Assembly (NCBI GenBank): GCA_905331295.1
Contig: CAJNYD010000067.1
Location: forward strand, 62,001-126,000
Direction: 5' to 3'
Length of the DNA stretch: 64,000 nucleotides
Source of the DNA: Rotaria socialis
Lineage: Eukaryota
Shown: in pieces, positions 13,331-25,344 of the stretch
How positions within the stretch are numbered: the first letter of the stretch is position 1
How the letters are laid out: each line of letters starts with the position of its first letter
Position numbers and translations under genes: made by a program
The notes under the pieces: model-generated
What the model was told of the DNA's origin: nothing
What the model saw: the letters and a program-made list of their open reading frames with translations, nothing else
Database searches by the model: none

Positions 13331-13665
13331 TACTTCACTCAATGTGTAGCGTCACCTACTTAAATTTAACGTCGATTAGTAAATAATTCATCCATAGTCA
13401 TGACAGTTCGATTGAATTTGATAGGATCTAAGGATTCCAAGGTATTCAAGAAGAATCGTAGTTACTTGAAACTCATTATTATTATGATGTGACCTAGATT
13501 TTTCATCACAAACGTCATTTATGAGTCACGGATAACAAAACAAAAATTGTGTAACATCCTTATTTTATTATGCAATATGGTTTGTATTGATCCAACGAAA
13601 ACACTGTGATACATTTGTATTACAGGAAATTGAAATAGACGGCAGTAACATCAATAAGTTTTTAG

Positions 13666-14824
13666 ATGAGTAAAAAAGAAAGAAAAGCTCGCTCATTGGT
13701 GAAAACCAGTGAACCAACAGCGTCTGCGCAAGAATCTAATACTGAAAACAGGTAATCTATTTCTATGAAAATTCTCATCTGATCTACTGAAAGAACAGTT
13801 AATCTTTTTTTATTGTAAAGATCATCAGCGTCTGCATTGACAACATCTTCATCCATTATCAAAGGTGTATGCGATGATAGTTTACTTAATGGAACATGTG
13901 AAAATATAAATTGCAATCTGTTACATCTCAATGAATCCATACAACTTACTGATGGTCATTTTCACGACCGCCTATTACCAGAAAATTGGTCATGCGCTAT
14001 TGAACCATTGAAAAATATTGAACAGTTCATCGGTATTACTAATGTCCACAAATCATCGATGTGGAATAATACCGTTTCAATCGTACCAGAATCTCTCAAA
14101 TCTAAAGTATGTTACCAGTTCTATTTTATAAATGTGCTGATATACTTTCAATAAGAATTTTATGTTAAAGATTCGACTGTATGAAGCATATGGTATTCAT
14201 CCACGCTATTTGGATACTGATCCACATAATGATTTACTCGAGCTTCGTAATCTGATACAAACACGTCCTATGGTAGCTGTAGGCGAATGTGGTCTTGATG
14301 TACTTAATAGTGGACAATTATCATTACAAACTGAAATATTTACATCGCAAATCGAATTAGCTAATGAATTTCATCTACCACTTATTATTCATTGTCGCCA
14401 ATTGGACCAGCAACTATTTGATATTCTTAAAAGAACTGCGTTAGATTCATCAATGAAAATTCAGTGGCATTGTTGTCATTCGAAAGGTGCATCTGTTTAT
14501 CGTGAATTTCTCGATTATTTCCCATCGAGTTTATTAAGTATTGGTGGTATGTGTTGTCATTCAGGTGAAAAAAGTATACAAAAATTAGTAAGAGAACTGT
14601 TTGAATCGGAAACGAATGAAAATCAACGAAGATTTGTATTTGAAACGGACTCGCCTTATCTAAAATCTTCATCATTGTTGATTAATACAGACAACAATTG
14701 TCCAATATTAGGCACTTTAACAGCAAGTGCTTATGTAACAAGAAACATTTTAAAAAATGATCAATGGACAGAAAATTTAAAATTAAATACAAATAGGCTT
14801 CAGCAATTTTTTAATTTGAAATAA
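13666..14824 (+). CDS. TatD-family DNase/exonuclease with an N-terminal CCCH zinc finger (introns 13752-13820 and 14107-~14155)
   Basis: TatD motifs DGHFH, GIHP, VAVGECGLD, PLIIHCR, HC and ETDSPY; C-x8-C-x4-C-x3-H at 13870-13926. Confidence 0.88.
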
Positions 14825-15163
14825 ATTTTCATTTTATTCTTCACAATGTTACGCTAATAAATATTTCTACCTATTGGATAATGACACGGGGATTTTTGTA
14901 GTCATGTGATTGAAGCTAACATTAATTTATAGCGTCTAGAGATTCGTCATGTGTCTATTTTTTCAAAGGTGCATCGATTTCAACACGCTCTAAATTCTTT
15001 TTACACTCGTCGTCAATGTAAAAATAAAATACAATCATTGATATGATGCATGCCACAGATTTAATTGATTTAAAATGATTCCTATAGATGAATTAAAAGT
15101 GCATTCACAAACAAAATAGAGTTTTGATGAGAAAAAAAACAACCAGTATCGAAAATAATGATA

Positions 15164-18100
15164 CTAATAGATGTTTGGACAATTGCTCCAGTTTCGTTGC
15201 CAATACTTTCCGTTTGTGACCCACACATCGTCTCCTGTTATTTCATGTTTAACGAGATGAAACCATCTAAGAAAAAGAAAAAAAGACCTCACAGTAATAA
15301 AATAATCAATACATCTACCTTGGTTGCCATTCTTCTCGACGCTTTTCCATGGCTCGTCTAGCAGCACGTTGTTTTTCTTCTAAACGAGTCTTTTCGTCTC
15401 CAGCTAAATCGATATTACCCTCTTCCATTTTACGAATATCAGGACGAAACCGTGAATCTGTTGGTGCTAATGGTGGACGTAGCTTTATACCTTCTTCTGA
15501 CCATTCATTAAGTGCCATAGTAAATAATGAAAAATTGTAGTACTATTTAAAAAAAAATGCATATACATATTCATATCTATCATCAAATTAAGTCTTTACT
15601 TGAGCTCCGTGCTCTAATTTTGGTATAATTCTCCATAGTGTTGTAGAATTAGGAGGAAGATTAAGTTGTTCATGAGCTGGATCTACGTCTGGTACGTCTT
15701 CGTCTGCATCCTCACTATCTGCTGATAATGATGATGCTGCTGCTGTTGCCGCCAAATTCGCTGCCGGTTCCTGTTGATGTTTTAGTGCGTGTTTGGCTTC
15801 TTTTCTCTGCTCTTTTAAAAATGATTCAAACACTACGATATCAATAGAAAATAATCCAACTGTCCAAAAGCCATATAAACCACGTAGTTTATGTTTACTA
15901 AACATAAACATAAAAATCAACTACATTTAATATCATCAACAACACAAAACATCACTTACCGCGAATCAATAATAGTACCTTCAACTTTATGTAATTCTTT
16001 TGTCGTTCTTGAAAACGGTTTAAAATTTAATACGGCTTTCATTTTATTCGCATGATTCTCGATTTCCATAGTACCATGCTACGTATGATAGTCAAGATGC
16101 ATATTTCTTAAACTAATTATCGAATAAACTTACATATTCAAACCATAGTCGACCAACAAGTACATTATGAATTGTACAGGTAAGACTGGACCACGTGTAA
16201 ACTTCTTTATGCCTTTAATAAAACAAAATAAAAACTAAAGATTTTCTAAAACTTAGACTCGACACGTGTTTTATTCCGTTTTTACCGTTTGAGTTCCAGC
16301 GATAGCAATCCTTTTGGCTTTACAACCATGTTTCTGACAGAAAATGTAGCTTTTGGTAAAATGCTGCCGTAGTATCTCCATCGCCCACTACCATCTTTTG
16401 GCTCACACGAAAATGCACTCACAGGTGGATGATGACTAACTTGTTCACTTACATAACGAAATGGTAAATCATCACTATTTGTCATACAAGAAAACAAGAA
16501 ATGATAGATATATAAATTAGTAGCTTACTAACCGAACGAATTCATATGTTTCACCCAGTAGTGGATTGAATGGTTTCGATAAACGATCAAGATTACTTGA
16601 AATTGATGATACAGCGAAAGCAGCAACATACTTAAAAAAATAAAAGAATATGTTTCGGCTTTTATTAAAATATTCATAAACATCTGAATTTTCTATAACA
16701 TCGTCGCTATTTCTATTTGTTCTTCTGGCAATTCAAACTACCTGCATTCGCATAACTGGATCATTACATTCATCGGCCATATCAAGTAAATATGTATAAA
16801 GAATATTTTCAGCGAAACGTTGTAAAAATGAAACAGGTTCATTCCAAGCGATTGGCATTGCTATTTTAGATAATTCCTAAAATTGGAAAAATTATTTTCA
16901 ATCAATTTGTTCGTTTTTCTGATGAAATTTACTTTTCCGATGCATTGTTTGAGGATAGTTTTAATACTTAATTGTGATCGATCAAGCATTGGCACAGGAA
17001 GTTTTGTTCTAAATTACAATGTCAATAACTAATAGCTTTTAAGAAATCTATTCCTATTGAAATTATCAACTTCGAATAATAGTTTCTTTTAGAGAAAGTG
17101 TTTTTGTGTAAATATTTTTTAGTTTTTATATGAATGAATTGATTTTTTTAGTTCCTCAAATTTTCGCAATATTTACAGAGTAAAAATCTCCCAGTCTGAA
17201 CTCTCCTCATGATAATCATGAGTCCTGTGGGTTTGAGAAAGTTCCCTTGTGAGATTCGACAGAGTGAATTATCGATTTGTTGTTATTGTATTTTTCGACT
17301 GATATAAAACCTTGAACATTATTATACGTAATGTGCAATAGTTATGCAATTTAGATAAAATAATTTGTAAATCTTCAAGAAATTTACTCATCGACAAATA
17401 GAAAACCAATATAGCTGAGAAATTATCTTTTACTTTAATTCAACATCATCAAGTAACATACCTTCCAGCATTTTTTTGTAAATTTGCATATAACTCCTCC
17501 GAATACGACATATCGATCAAAAAATAATAGATAAATTAAGTTTTGAAGGAAAACGTGTATCTTTTTTAGAAATGTATCTAATGTAATGATTGATCATACA
17601 TTAGTAACTACGTGCTATATATGAATCGATACACATGGGAAAGATACTTGCTTCTATTGGTTATTTCAAGTGTACAAAAAAAAACGAAAAGATAAATTAT
17701 ACTGCAAGGCACGATACTAATACATGACTTATGTGTTCATTCATCCGAATAAAGAATGCTTAAGTATATATGAATATACATCGTTTCGTACTTTGTTGTC
17801 TTTTTATATTGAAACATAAAAAAAATCAAAAAAGATACTGAAGAAGAGAAACATACTTAGCGTATGTATGTTTTTCGAGAGGTGACATTAGAAGTTTTTA
17901 AAATCTTAATCTCTTTTTTCATTTTACATTGCAAAATTCTCGTAGGAAAATATATTGGAAGGCAAATAAACGGGTTCAGAAAGGTATTTGCGTTTATTAA
18001 ATTTTCTTTTGAAATTAATTTTTGAAAACTTTTGTTATTTGTCACTCGTCGCTGTTCCAACTGATTATTAGTCAAGTTATTATCGTGGAGACCGAATAGC

Positions 18101-20368
18101 TGCGAAATTTTGTTTGCGGAAGAATGTTATACTTGAGAATGTAAATTACTGTGAGTGTGAATGTCAGTAGGGACTGTTACTATTTTTTATCTGATGGATA
18201 TCGCCTCCTTGTTGTCATACATAAAAGGGTCAATTGAAGATTTCCCTTTCATTTTTCTGCTTCGGCGTTTTTGATGCTATCTTCTCTGTGCTTGTCCCTA
18301 TGTTTTGCTCGTTACTACCAGGCATATAAAGACTAGAAAAGTTCATGGCAATATGATAATGTTGTAATGTGACTGAGAAAAATTTTCGTGTGCGAGTCTT
18401 GCCTTCTAGCAAAACCGTATTTTCTCGATATATGATGGCTTCAAAAAAATAAAAATGTATTTGAGTTTTTTGTCTTAGGTTGATTGTTGTTATTTGAATT
18501 CTTTTTCATAAATGAAAGTGACATATTGTGCAGGTGGGAAATTGTGATGGGCTTTCAACTTCAGTTATGCATCTGATGCATGGTCTGTGGCTGTGTGCAT
18601 GGCTCGATTTTCAGATTTCAAATAAATGGCGTTGTTAAAAACCAAAGTTCTCAAAATACTTTTAGGAGCAAATATATTTCTTATCAGCCTGGTAGTTAGT
18701 ACATTATCTCATATATATAAGGTGCAAGCAATTCAAATTTCGAGTGAAATTTATTTTTCGTCTTTTTTTACATGACTTGATGATTAGATGCGTTCCGAGA
18801 ATATTCCCGGAAACTCGATTAAGTGCTAGGGAACAAAACGTAGCAGATATAACAGATATAGAGATATATAGGTTATAGGGGGTCTTGTAGTCTAGGGGGA
18901 ATCAGAGTTATAGTAGATATAGGAGGCAAGAGCGTAAATAGGGGGGAGGCATAACGGCCCTCCCTGCTTTCGAAAATTAATAGCAAAAAAGCGGTTCACT
19001 CCCTGGTTCCAAAAGTTTATTTTTTTAGGTCATGAAAACAGAAAAATTAGAGTTACGCCCCCACCCCCCCCCCCTACTCTGAGACCTGACTTGCACCCCT
19101 GATAGGAGATATAGGGGATTGATAAACAACGCGCAAGGCTCAAAAAATAAATATTGGTAGAGTTATAATTAAACAAAATTAAGAGATGAAAGAGAAAAAA
19201 AAGATATCTTCTATATCTACTATAACTGTTTTTTATTCAAATCTAGTAAACTCTACTCAGATAGGTAAAATTTCTGACGAATCGAATGGACATATTTTTA
19301 GGGTATTCAGAGGGTCTCTGGAAATTCTTCTCTGGGAAAACATCGCTTTCCGATATTACTCGGTCTATTTTTATCGTTAATGGAGTGATATCATAATATC
19401 CTTACGCCCGTTAACGACTTTTTAGCACAAACACGTTAGAGTATCCACATATATATATATATATATGTTTTAAAAAGCCGAGGAATTTGAGTTGTTTTGG
19501 TGTATCCACATATATATATATATATAAATGTGGATACGTTTAATGTCGTTACATCATATTGTAGATGCACTAAGAATGGATACTCCATAAACTATTGCTG
19601 GCTAGGGTATTGTGACGTAAAACTCTCGATACCCAGTGTAAAGGTATTATGAAATCTATGCTTTAATGGACAGATTAATCACTCTTTATGTTTGACTTTA
19701 TATTATGAATGAAGACATACATAATGAAAACGGTCAAATAGAAAAGAAATTTCATTAGTCTTCATCTATATTCGTATTTGATATTCTACGATGTGATTGT
19801 ACTGATATTTTACAGAGTTGACAGAATAACAATTTTCATACATCAGCAATGTCAGTTAACATAAGTTTCTCATTGAAATTGAATTCTTTATCATCAATAT
19901 CCATCGTATATTCATCATTTGACGAATCGCTTGAAGACAAAGCCTTCACACTTGGCTCGCGACAAGTTCTTGCAGCATGCAATTGGCTTTTCCTTTTATT
20001 TGCTTTAGGCATACCAAACTAACTTAGTTCAGATGTTATTGCTCTTCTCTTTATTCCTTTTTTAACTCCATTTTCAAACTTTATTTCAATTTGAATCGAC
20101 AAGAATCAAACAAAACAAAAAAGGGAAAAAAAACACATATAAAAGCGTATATCCCTTTTTATATTCTCCTTTCATACGTTCTCCCCCTCTCCTATCTCAT
20201 CAAATACCGATAACGTTTCTTCTATTACATAGGAATAAATTTAGTACATTGAGAGAGACAAGAGAGAGAAAAAACATCAAAAAATGCAATGAATGGCACC
20301 ATAACGAAACACAAAGCAGAATATAGAAGATATATCATAACTAAATTTATATCATGGCCATCGGACAT
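15164..20368 (-). CDS. Short, ORD-only oxysterol-binding-protein-related protein (ORP1S/ORP2-like), ~11 exons
   Basis: EQVSHHPP signature, [38 protein letters not shown] and KTRLEEKQR. Predicted 5' exons 20342-20368 and 20208-20221 give [18 protein letters not shown]; these 5' exons are less certain. Confidence 0.9.
18927..19101. mobile_element. hAT-type MITE within the OSBP intron
   Basis: Termini CAAGAGCGTAA / TTGCACCCCTG; G-rich and C-rich subtermini; 8-bp TSD ATAGGAGG/ATAGGAGA (7 of 8 match). Confidence 0.65.
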
Positions 20369-20822
20369 GAGAGGCCGTGCTAACGAGCTTTCTCAGTATA
20401 GTACGTGTACCGAGACAGAAGTTAAACTGTACAGAACATCTGTTACTTTCGACATAGAATAGCAAAACATTAGTAGTAGATTGCTTCGAGATAGTTAGCT
20501 TTATTCTTTCATCAAGCAATGTAGCTGTGCTTATGTAGGATAACGAAGGGTAAAGTTCGTTTTTTTTCCTTTTATTATCGTGTTTCATATTTGATAAGCA
20601 CTTTTGTCTAATAGAAAAACTGGCTTTCTCTCCTTTCTCCTCGACATTTTCTTTATGATACGTTGTCACTGTATATTTTGACGCGTGCTACTGCTTATGA
20701 GTAGAGTCATGCGCAGACTGCATGTATAGAAGCCAGTGAATAAAAAGAACATTTTGTTTTAGATCTCTATTAGTCGAGTAGCTATCAAGACTTTTCATTT
20801 TTAAGTTTAGTCTAGATTCGTT

Positions 20823-22357
20823 ATGTCGTCGCCATCGTGCTGTAAAAAAGGGCCAGGTTATGCTAGTCCACTTGAGGCTATGCAAAATGGTCCACGGGAA
20901 AAATTATTATATGTCGCAATGATTCCATGCCAAGAAGATCAACCGAACTATATAGCAACAATTGATGTCGATCCGAATTCTTCGAATTATCAACAAGTTA
21001 TTAGTCGGTTGTATGTACCAAACATAAACGATGAATTCCATCATTTTGGTTGGAATGCTTGCTCATCGTGCCATGATGATTGTAATAAACAGCGACGATT
21101 TATTGTATTAGGTGGTTTTAAATCATCAAGAATCTATATTATCGATACAGCGGATGAGACTCAACCTACTTTATATAAAACTATTGAGAGTGATGAATTG
21201 AAAAAGTTAGATTTAAGTGCTCCACATACAGTTCATTGTTTAGGTAAATAAGAAATTTTGAATTCGAAAAATTTTGAATTTTTTTTTCGTCAAAAAGGTA
21301 GTGGTGAAATAATGATTTCATGTTTGGGAAATGCTAAAGGTGAATTACCAGGTGGTTTTCTTTTACTCAATCAAAATTTTGAGGTCACTGGCCGATGGGA
21401 GGATGAAGCTAATCCATCAGCAGTTCAATTTTATTATGATTTTTGGTATAAACCACGCCATAATATAATGGTTAGCAGCGAATGGGCAGCTCCAAATGTT
21501 TTCAGCAAAGGTAAAGAAAAACAAATTTCTTCTTAATCGAAAACAAATTGTTTATTTCATTTAGGTTTTAATCCAAATGATGTTGCTCTCAATAAATACG
21601 GTCATTCGTTACATTTTTGGGATTGGTCAAAACGTAAATATTTAAAATCGATCGATCTCGGTTCAGATGGGGCAATTCCACTTGAACTACGTTTTTGTCA
21701 TAATCCAGCAACTCCATATGGTTATGTTGTATGTGCATTGGGTAGTTCAGTATTTCGATATTTTCCCGACGCTTCAAATGAGTGGCAAGTCGAAAAAACT
21801 ATTCAAGTTGAAGCATTAACTGGTAAAGATGGTCAACCAGTGCCGGCTATTATTTCCGATATGCTTATTTCACTTAATGATAAATTCAGTAAGTATTATT
21901 CAGCCGTGATTTTTTGTTCTCCATGTAAATCATGTGTATCTTATGTTTAGTTTACTTTTGTAATTGGCTTCATGGTGATATTCGTCAATATGATATCAGT
22001 GATCCTTCAAAACCTAAATTAACTGGACAAATTTGGCTTGGTGGTTTAATTAAAACGGAGAATGATTTTGAAGATAGTCGTTCATTTACTGGCGGACCTC
22101 AAATGATTCAATTATCACTTGATGGTAAACGTTTATACGTTACGAATTCTCTTTATTCATCTTGGGACGATCAATTCTATCCGACTATAAAAACTGACGG
22201 ATCCTATTTGGTTAAAATTGATTGTGACAGTGAAAATGGTGGAATGAAACTTGATCAAAAGTTTTATATTTCCTTTAAAAATGAACCCAATGGACCTTCA
22301 CGTGCTCATGAAATGCGCTATCCAGGTGGAGATGCAACTTCGGATATATGGGATTAG
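20823..22357 (+). CDS. SELENBP1: Selenium-binding protein 1 / methanethiol oxidase (5 exons)
   Basis: GPGYASPLEAM.GPREKLLY, DEFHHFGWNACSSC, PHTVHCL, YDFWYKPRHN, GGPQMIQLSLDGKRLYVTNSLY and AHEMRYPGGDATSDIW. Confidence 0.96.
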
Positions 22358-23074
22358 CTATAAAAAAAAACATTAGAGAGTGACAACTTTTGAATTTTTA
22401 TCCACCTAATTTGCTTTACTTTTTAGCATCTAATCTATCAAACCTAAACCTAAAGAAATAATCATTTCCTTCTGCGAGAAGCATGAAGTGGATGAGAAGA
22501 AAAGCGGAGACATTCAATGATGTATGTCAAACACAATCCAGATTATTTGAATAAAAGTCTTTGAATAGTAACGTCAAGAATTTATTGAAAATTCTTTTGC
22601 CATGGCATATAAATAAATATATATGATGTCACGATAATAACAGCGCCACCTAAAAAGTGGCATTTTGACTGGTTCTTTAAAAACCAATATACGGCTATCT
22701 AAGCAATAACTGTTTTTCTTCGTAACTTGATTATAATCAAAACATTAATCGGTCGACCTTCAATCTACGATTAGGCGTGACTAAAATATATCGAAAGATA
22801 GTCGTTATTATTGAAATAAATTCATATATCATTGATGTTAAATATTATTCGTTGCTCATTCTATCAAATAATGTAAACGAGGCGTTTCATTCGATGCTAA
22901 ACTGTCCATTCATACATACGACTTGGTTACTAGATGATGATGAAGTAGTAGAGCAAAACGCTTTCTTTCTGTATTAAACAACCGAAAAAATTGGTATGAA
23001 TGTGACATTCAATTAATATGATGAGAATAGAATTAGATAATTATCTTTTGATTTTTTTTCTAGTTTACACAATT

Positions 23075-25156
23075 ATGGGTACTTTTGAAAATTATCTAAT
23101 AGCCGTACGACCATGGTCTTTTAGTACTAGTATGATGCCTGTTCTATTAGGCACTGCTCTTGCTTATCCATCTTTACGTGCTATGTCAATTATAGTTCTT
23201 CTTCTTACGTGTATATCGGCACTATGTGTTCATGCAGCAGCGAATTTATTCAATACGTATGTTAAAATACTGATTTTTGTCGTACGAATCCAACGAGATT
23301 GTTTTTGGTATTTATTTTCAAGGTATTATGATTATATACATGGAGTAGACACTTCCTTACATGATGATAAAAGCAAAGATAAACAGAATGCCGTTGATAA
23401 TATTGATGATCGAACACTAATCGAAGGTTTATTGAAACCTAATGATGTTGTCCGGCTTGGTTTAATATTATATGCAATTGGAACAATCGCTTTTCTTTTC
23501 TTGACCAATTTCTCACCAGCAAAAGAACCGTATTTGGCTGTAATATTTTTTGGAGCTTTACCACTTTCATTTTTATACACAGGAGGCATTGGTAACTATT
23601 TATTTAATTAAGCGTGAATGCATAGAAGATTTCTTTTTAGCGAAATTTCTATCGAAAGAAGTCAGATGATATAATTGATAGTTGTCTCAATCATTATGAA
23701 ACTTAGATTAGAAAATATCCTGAACTGTCATCCTACCTACATGTACTCTTTATGTGTACTCAAAAAAAAAAAAGAGTACACTATAGAATCGGCCAGTGTG
23801 TCCGTCCGTTCGTTTATTCGATAACTCTTCACATATCGAAAAAATTGTCATTTTTGATCAGACCATCCCTGAGGGGGAGTACAGGGATTTTTCAAAAAAC
23901 CTTTCTTTCTCAGAACTATCCACAACATATATAAATCGACTCAGTTTTTAACGCTGATTCTTAATCTAATATTAGCGTTGAACTTAATCGTAGCTTTCTA
24001 ACGAAACATCGCCTGAAAACGGTCTCAAAATGCACAAAAACTGCATCCAGAAATCAAATTGCCTAGTTTCTCATGATAATTTTGCTGTTCAGACATTCTA
24101 GAATGACTCATATGCCCCATGCACTTTTTGCAGTACACATAACTCTCGGATGAAATCCGAAGTTTTCACATTTTTTTTTCTATAGAAATGAATATACCTA
24201 TTCAGGTAATTCTAGAAACTTATAGTTAACAATTTCAATAGGACAAAGGAATAAAATCTGATATTGTAGATAGCATTTAAAAGTTATTTCCAGGGAAACT
24301 CCTAACCAGGACAATGAGCCTAGGAGAAGAACAACTCGAAGAAAACAAAAGTGTTTTTCTTCAAAAGCAATCTCATTCATCGCAATGAGAATTTGGGACG
24401 CGAGTCACACCGGGATCGAATTCATCTATTTACTTTGATTACTATAAACTAACCCTCAGTAGTTCCATCACGCTTTCAGACAGTGAATTGCTCTTTGCTA
24501 TAATCAATTTTAAAACATAATATCAAAAAAAATCTTGTAGTAATTATTAAGACGGGGTGGGGGGGCACATGTTTCTTTAATTTATATAATTAGTTCGAGA
24601 TCATGAAAGATATTTATGTCGTTTTCCATAATTAATTTACATCATTTTATGATTTATTCATTCAGGCTTTAAATATATTGCTCTTGGTGATATTATTATT
24701 TTACTAACATTTGGTCCTATAACAGTTGTTTTTTCATATATGGCACAAGCAGGTCACTATAGTATTTATCCAATACTTTACGCTTTACCATTAACATTAA
24801 ACACCGAAGCTATTCTGCATAGTAATAATACACGAGATATGAAGCATGACTTATCAGTTGGTATATTGACATTATCAATCTTACTTGGTAAACGATATTC
24901 GTATTATCTCTATTGTCTACTTATGTATTCGCCTTATATTATAATACTTTATATTATGATAAATATATCTTGGTATTGTTTTCTACCATTATTAACAATA
25001 TTCTATGCTTATCGATTATGTGAAGAATTTAAGAATGATGAGCTGATAAAATTACCCAATCGAACAGCACTATTAAATTTTTTACTTGGCTTTCTTTATA
25101 TACTTTCAATTGTTATTACCAATACTGTACGCAAAGAACAACAATTTCTTTTTTGA
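23075..25156 (+). CDS. UBIAD1: UbiA prenyltransferase domain-containing protein 1 (menaquinone-4 synthesis); TE-filled intron ~23592-24665
   Basis: AVRPWSF, HAAANLFNTYYDY.HGVD, DDRTL, FLYTGGIGFKYIALGD and EAILHSNNTRD. Confidence 0.95.
23750..24179 (+). mobile_element. DINE-1/HINE-like non-autonomous Helentron element, copy 1
   Basis: 5' subTIR TTATGTGTACT with adjacent short inverted copy GAGTACAC; GTCC microsatellite; 3' subTIR AGTACACATAA (24132-24142); hairpin TCGGA-TGAAA-TCCGA; T-rich end. Homologous to 29268-29607. Confidence 0.8.
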
Positions 25157-25344
25157 AAAAATAAATGAAAGAAACCATGTAACCCTAGATGTCTGTTTAG
25201 TTAATGAAAAATCTCTTTATTCTACCTATTTGCTTCTCGTATAAAAGAAACTAGTCGAGTTTGTTGTTCTGTTAATTTTATTTATTCATGGAAAAAAACA
25301 AACAGTATATTTTAGATATGTTCAACTGTTTTCTATGATTTCTC

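Noticed and set aside
20823..25156. SELENBP1/UBIAD1 as horizontally acquired bacterial genes
   Set aside because: Both carry metazoan-type signature sequences and spliceosomal introns; nothing in the sequence points to foreign origin.
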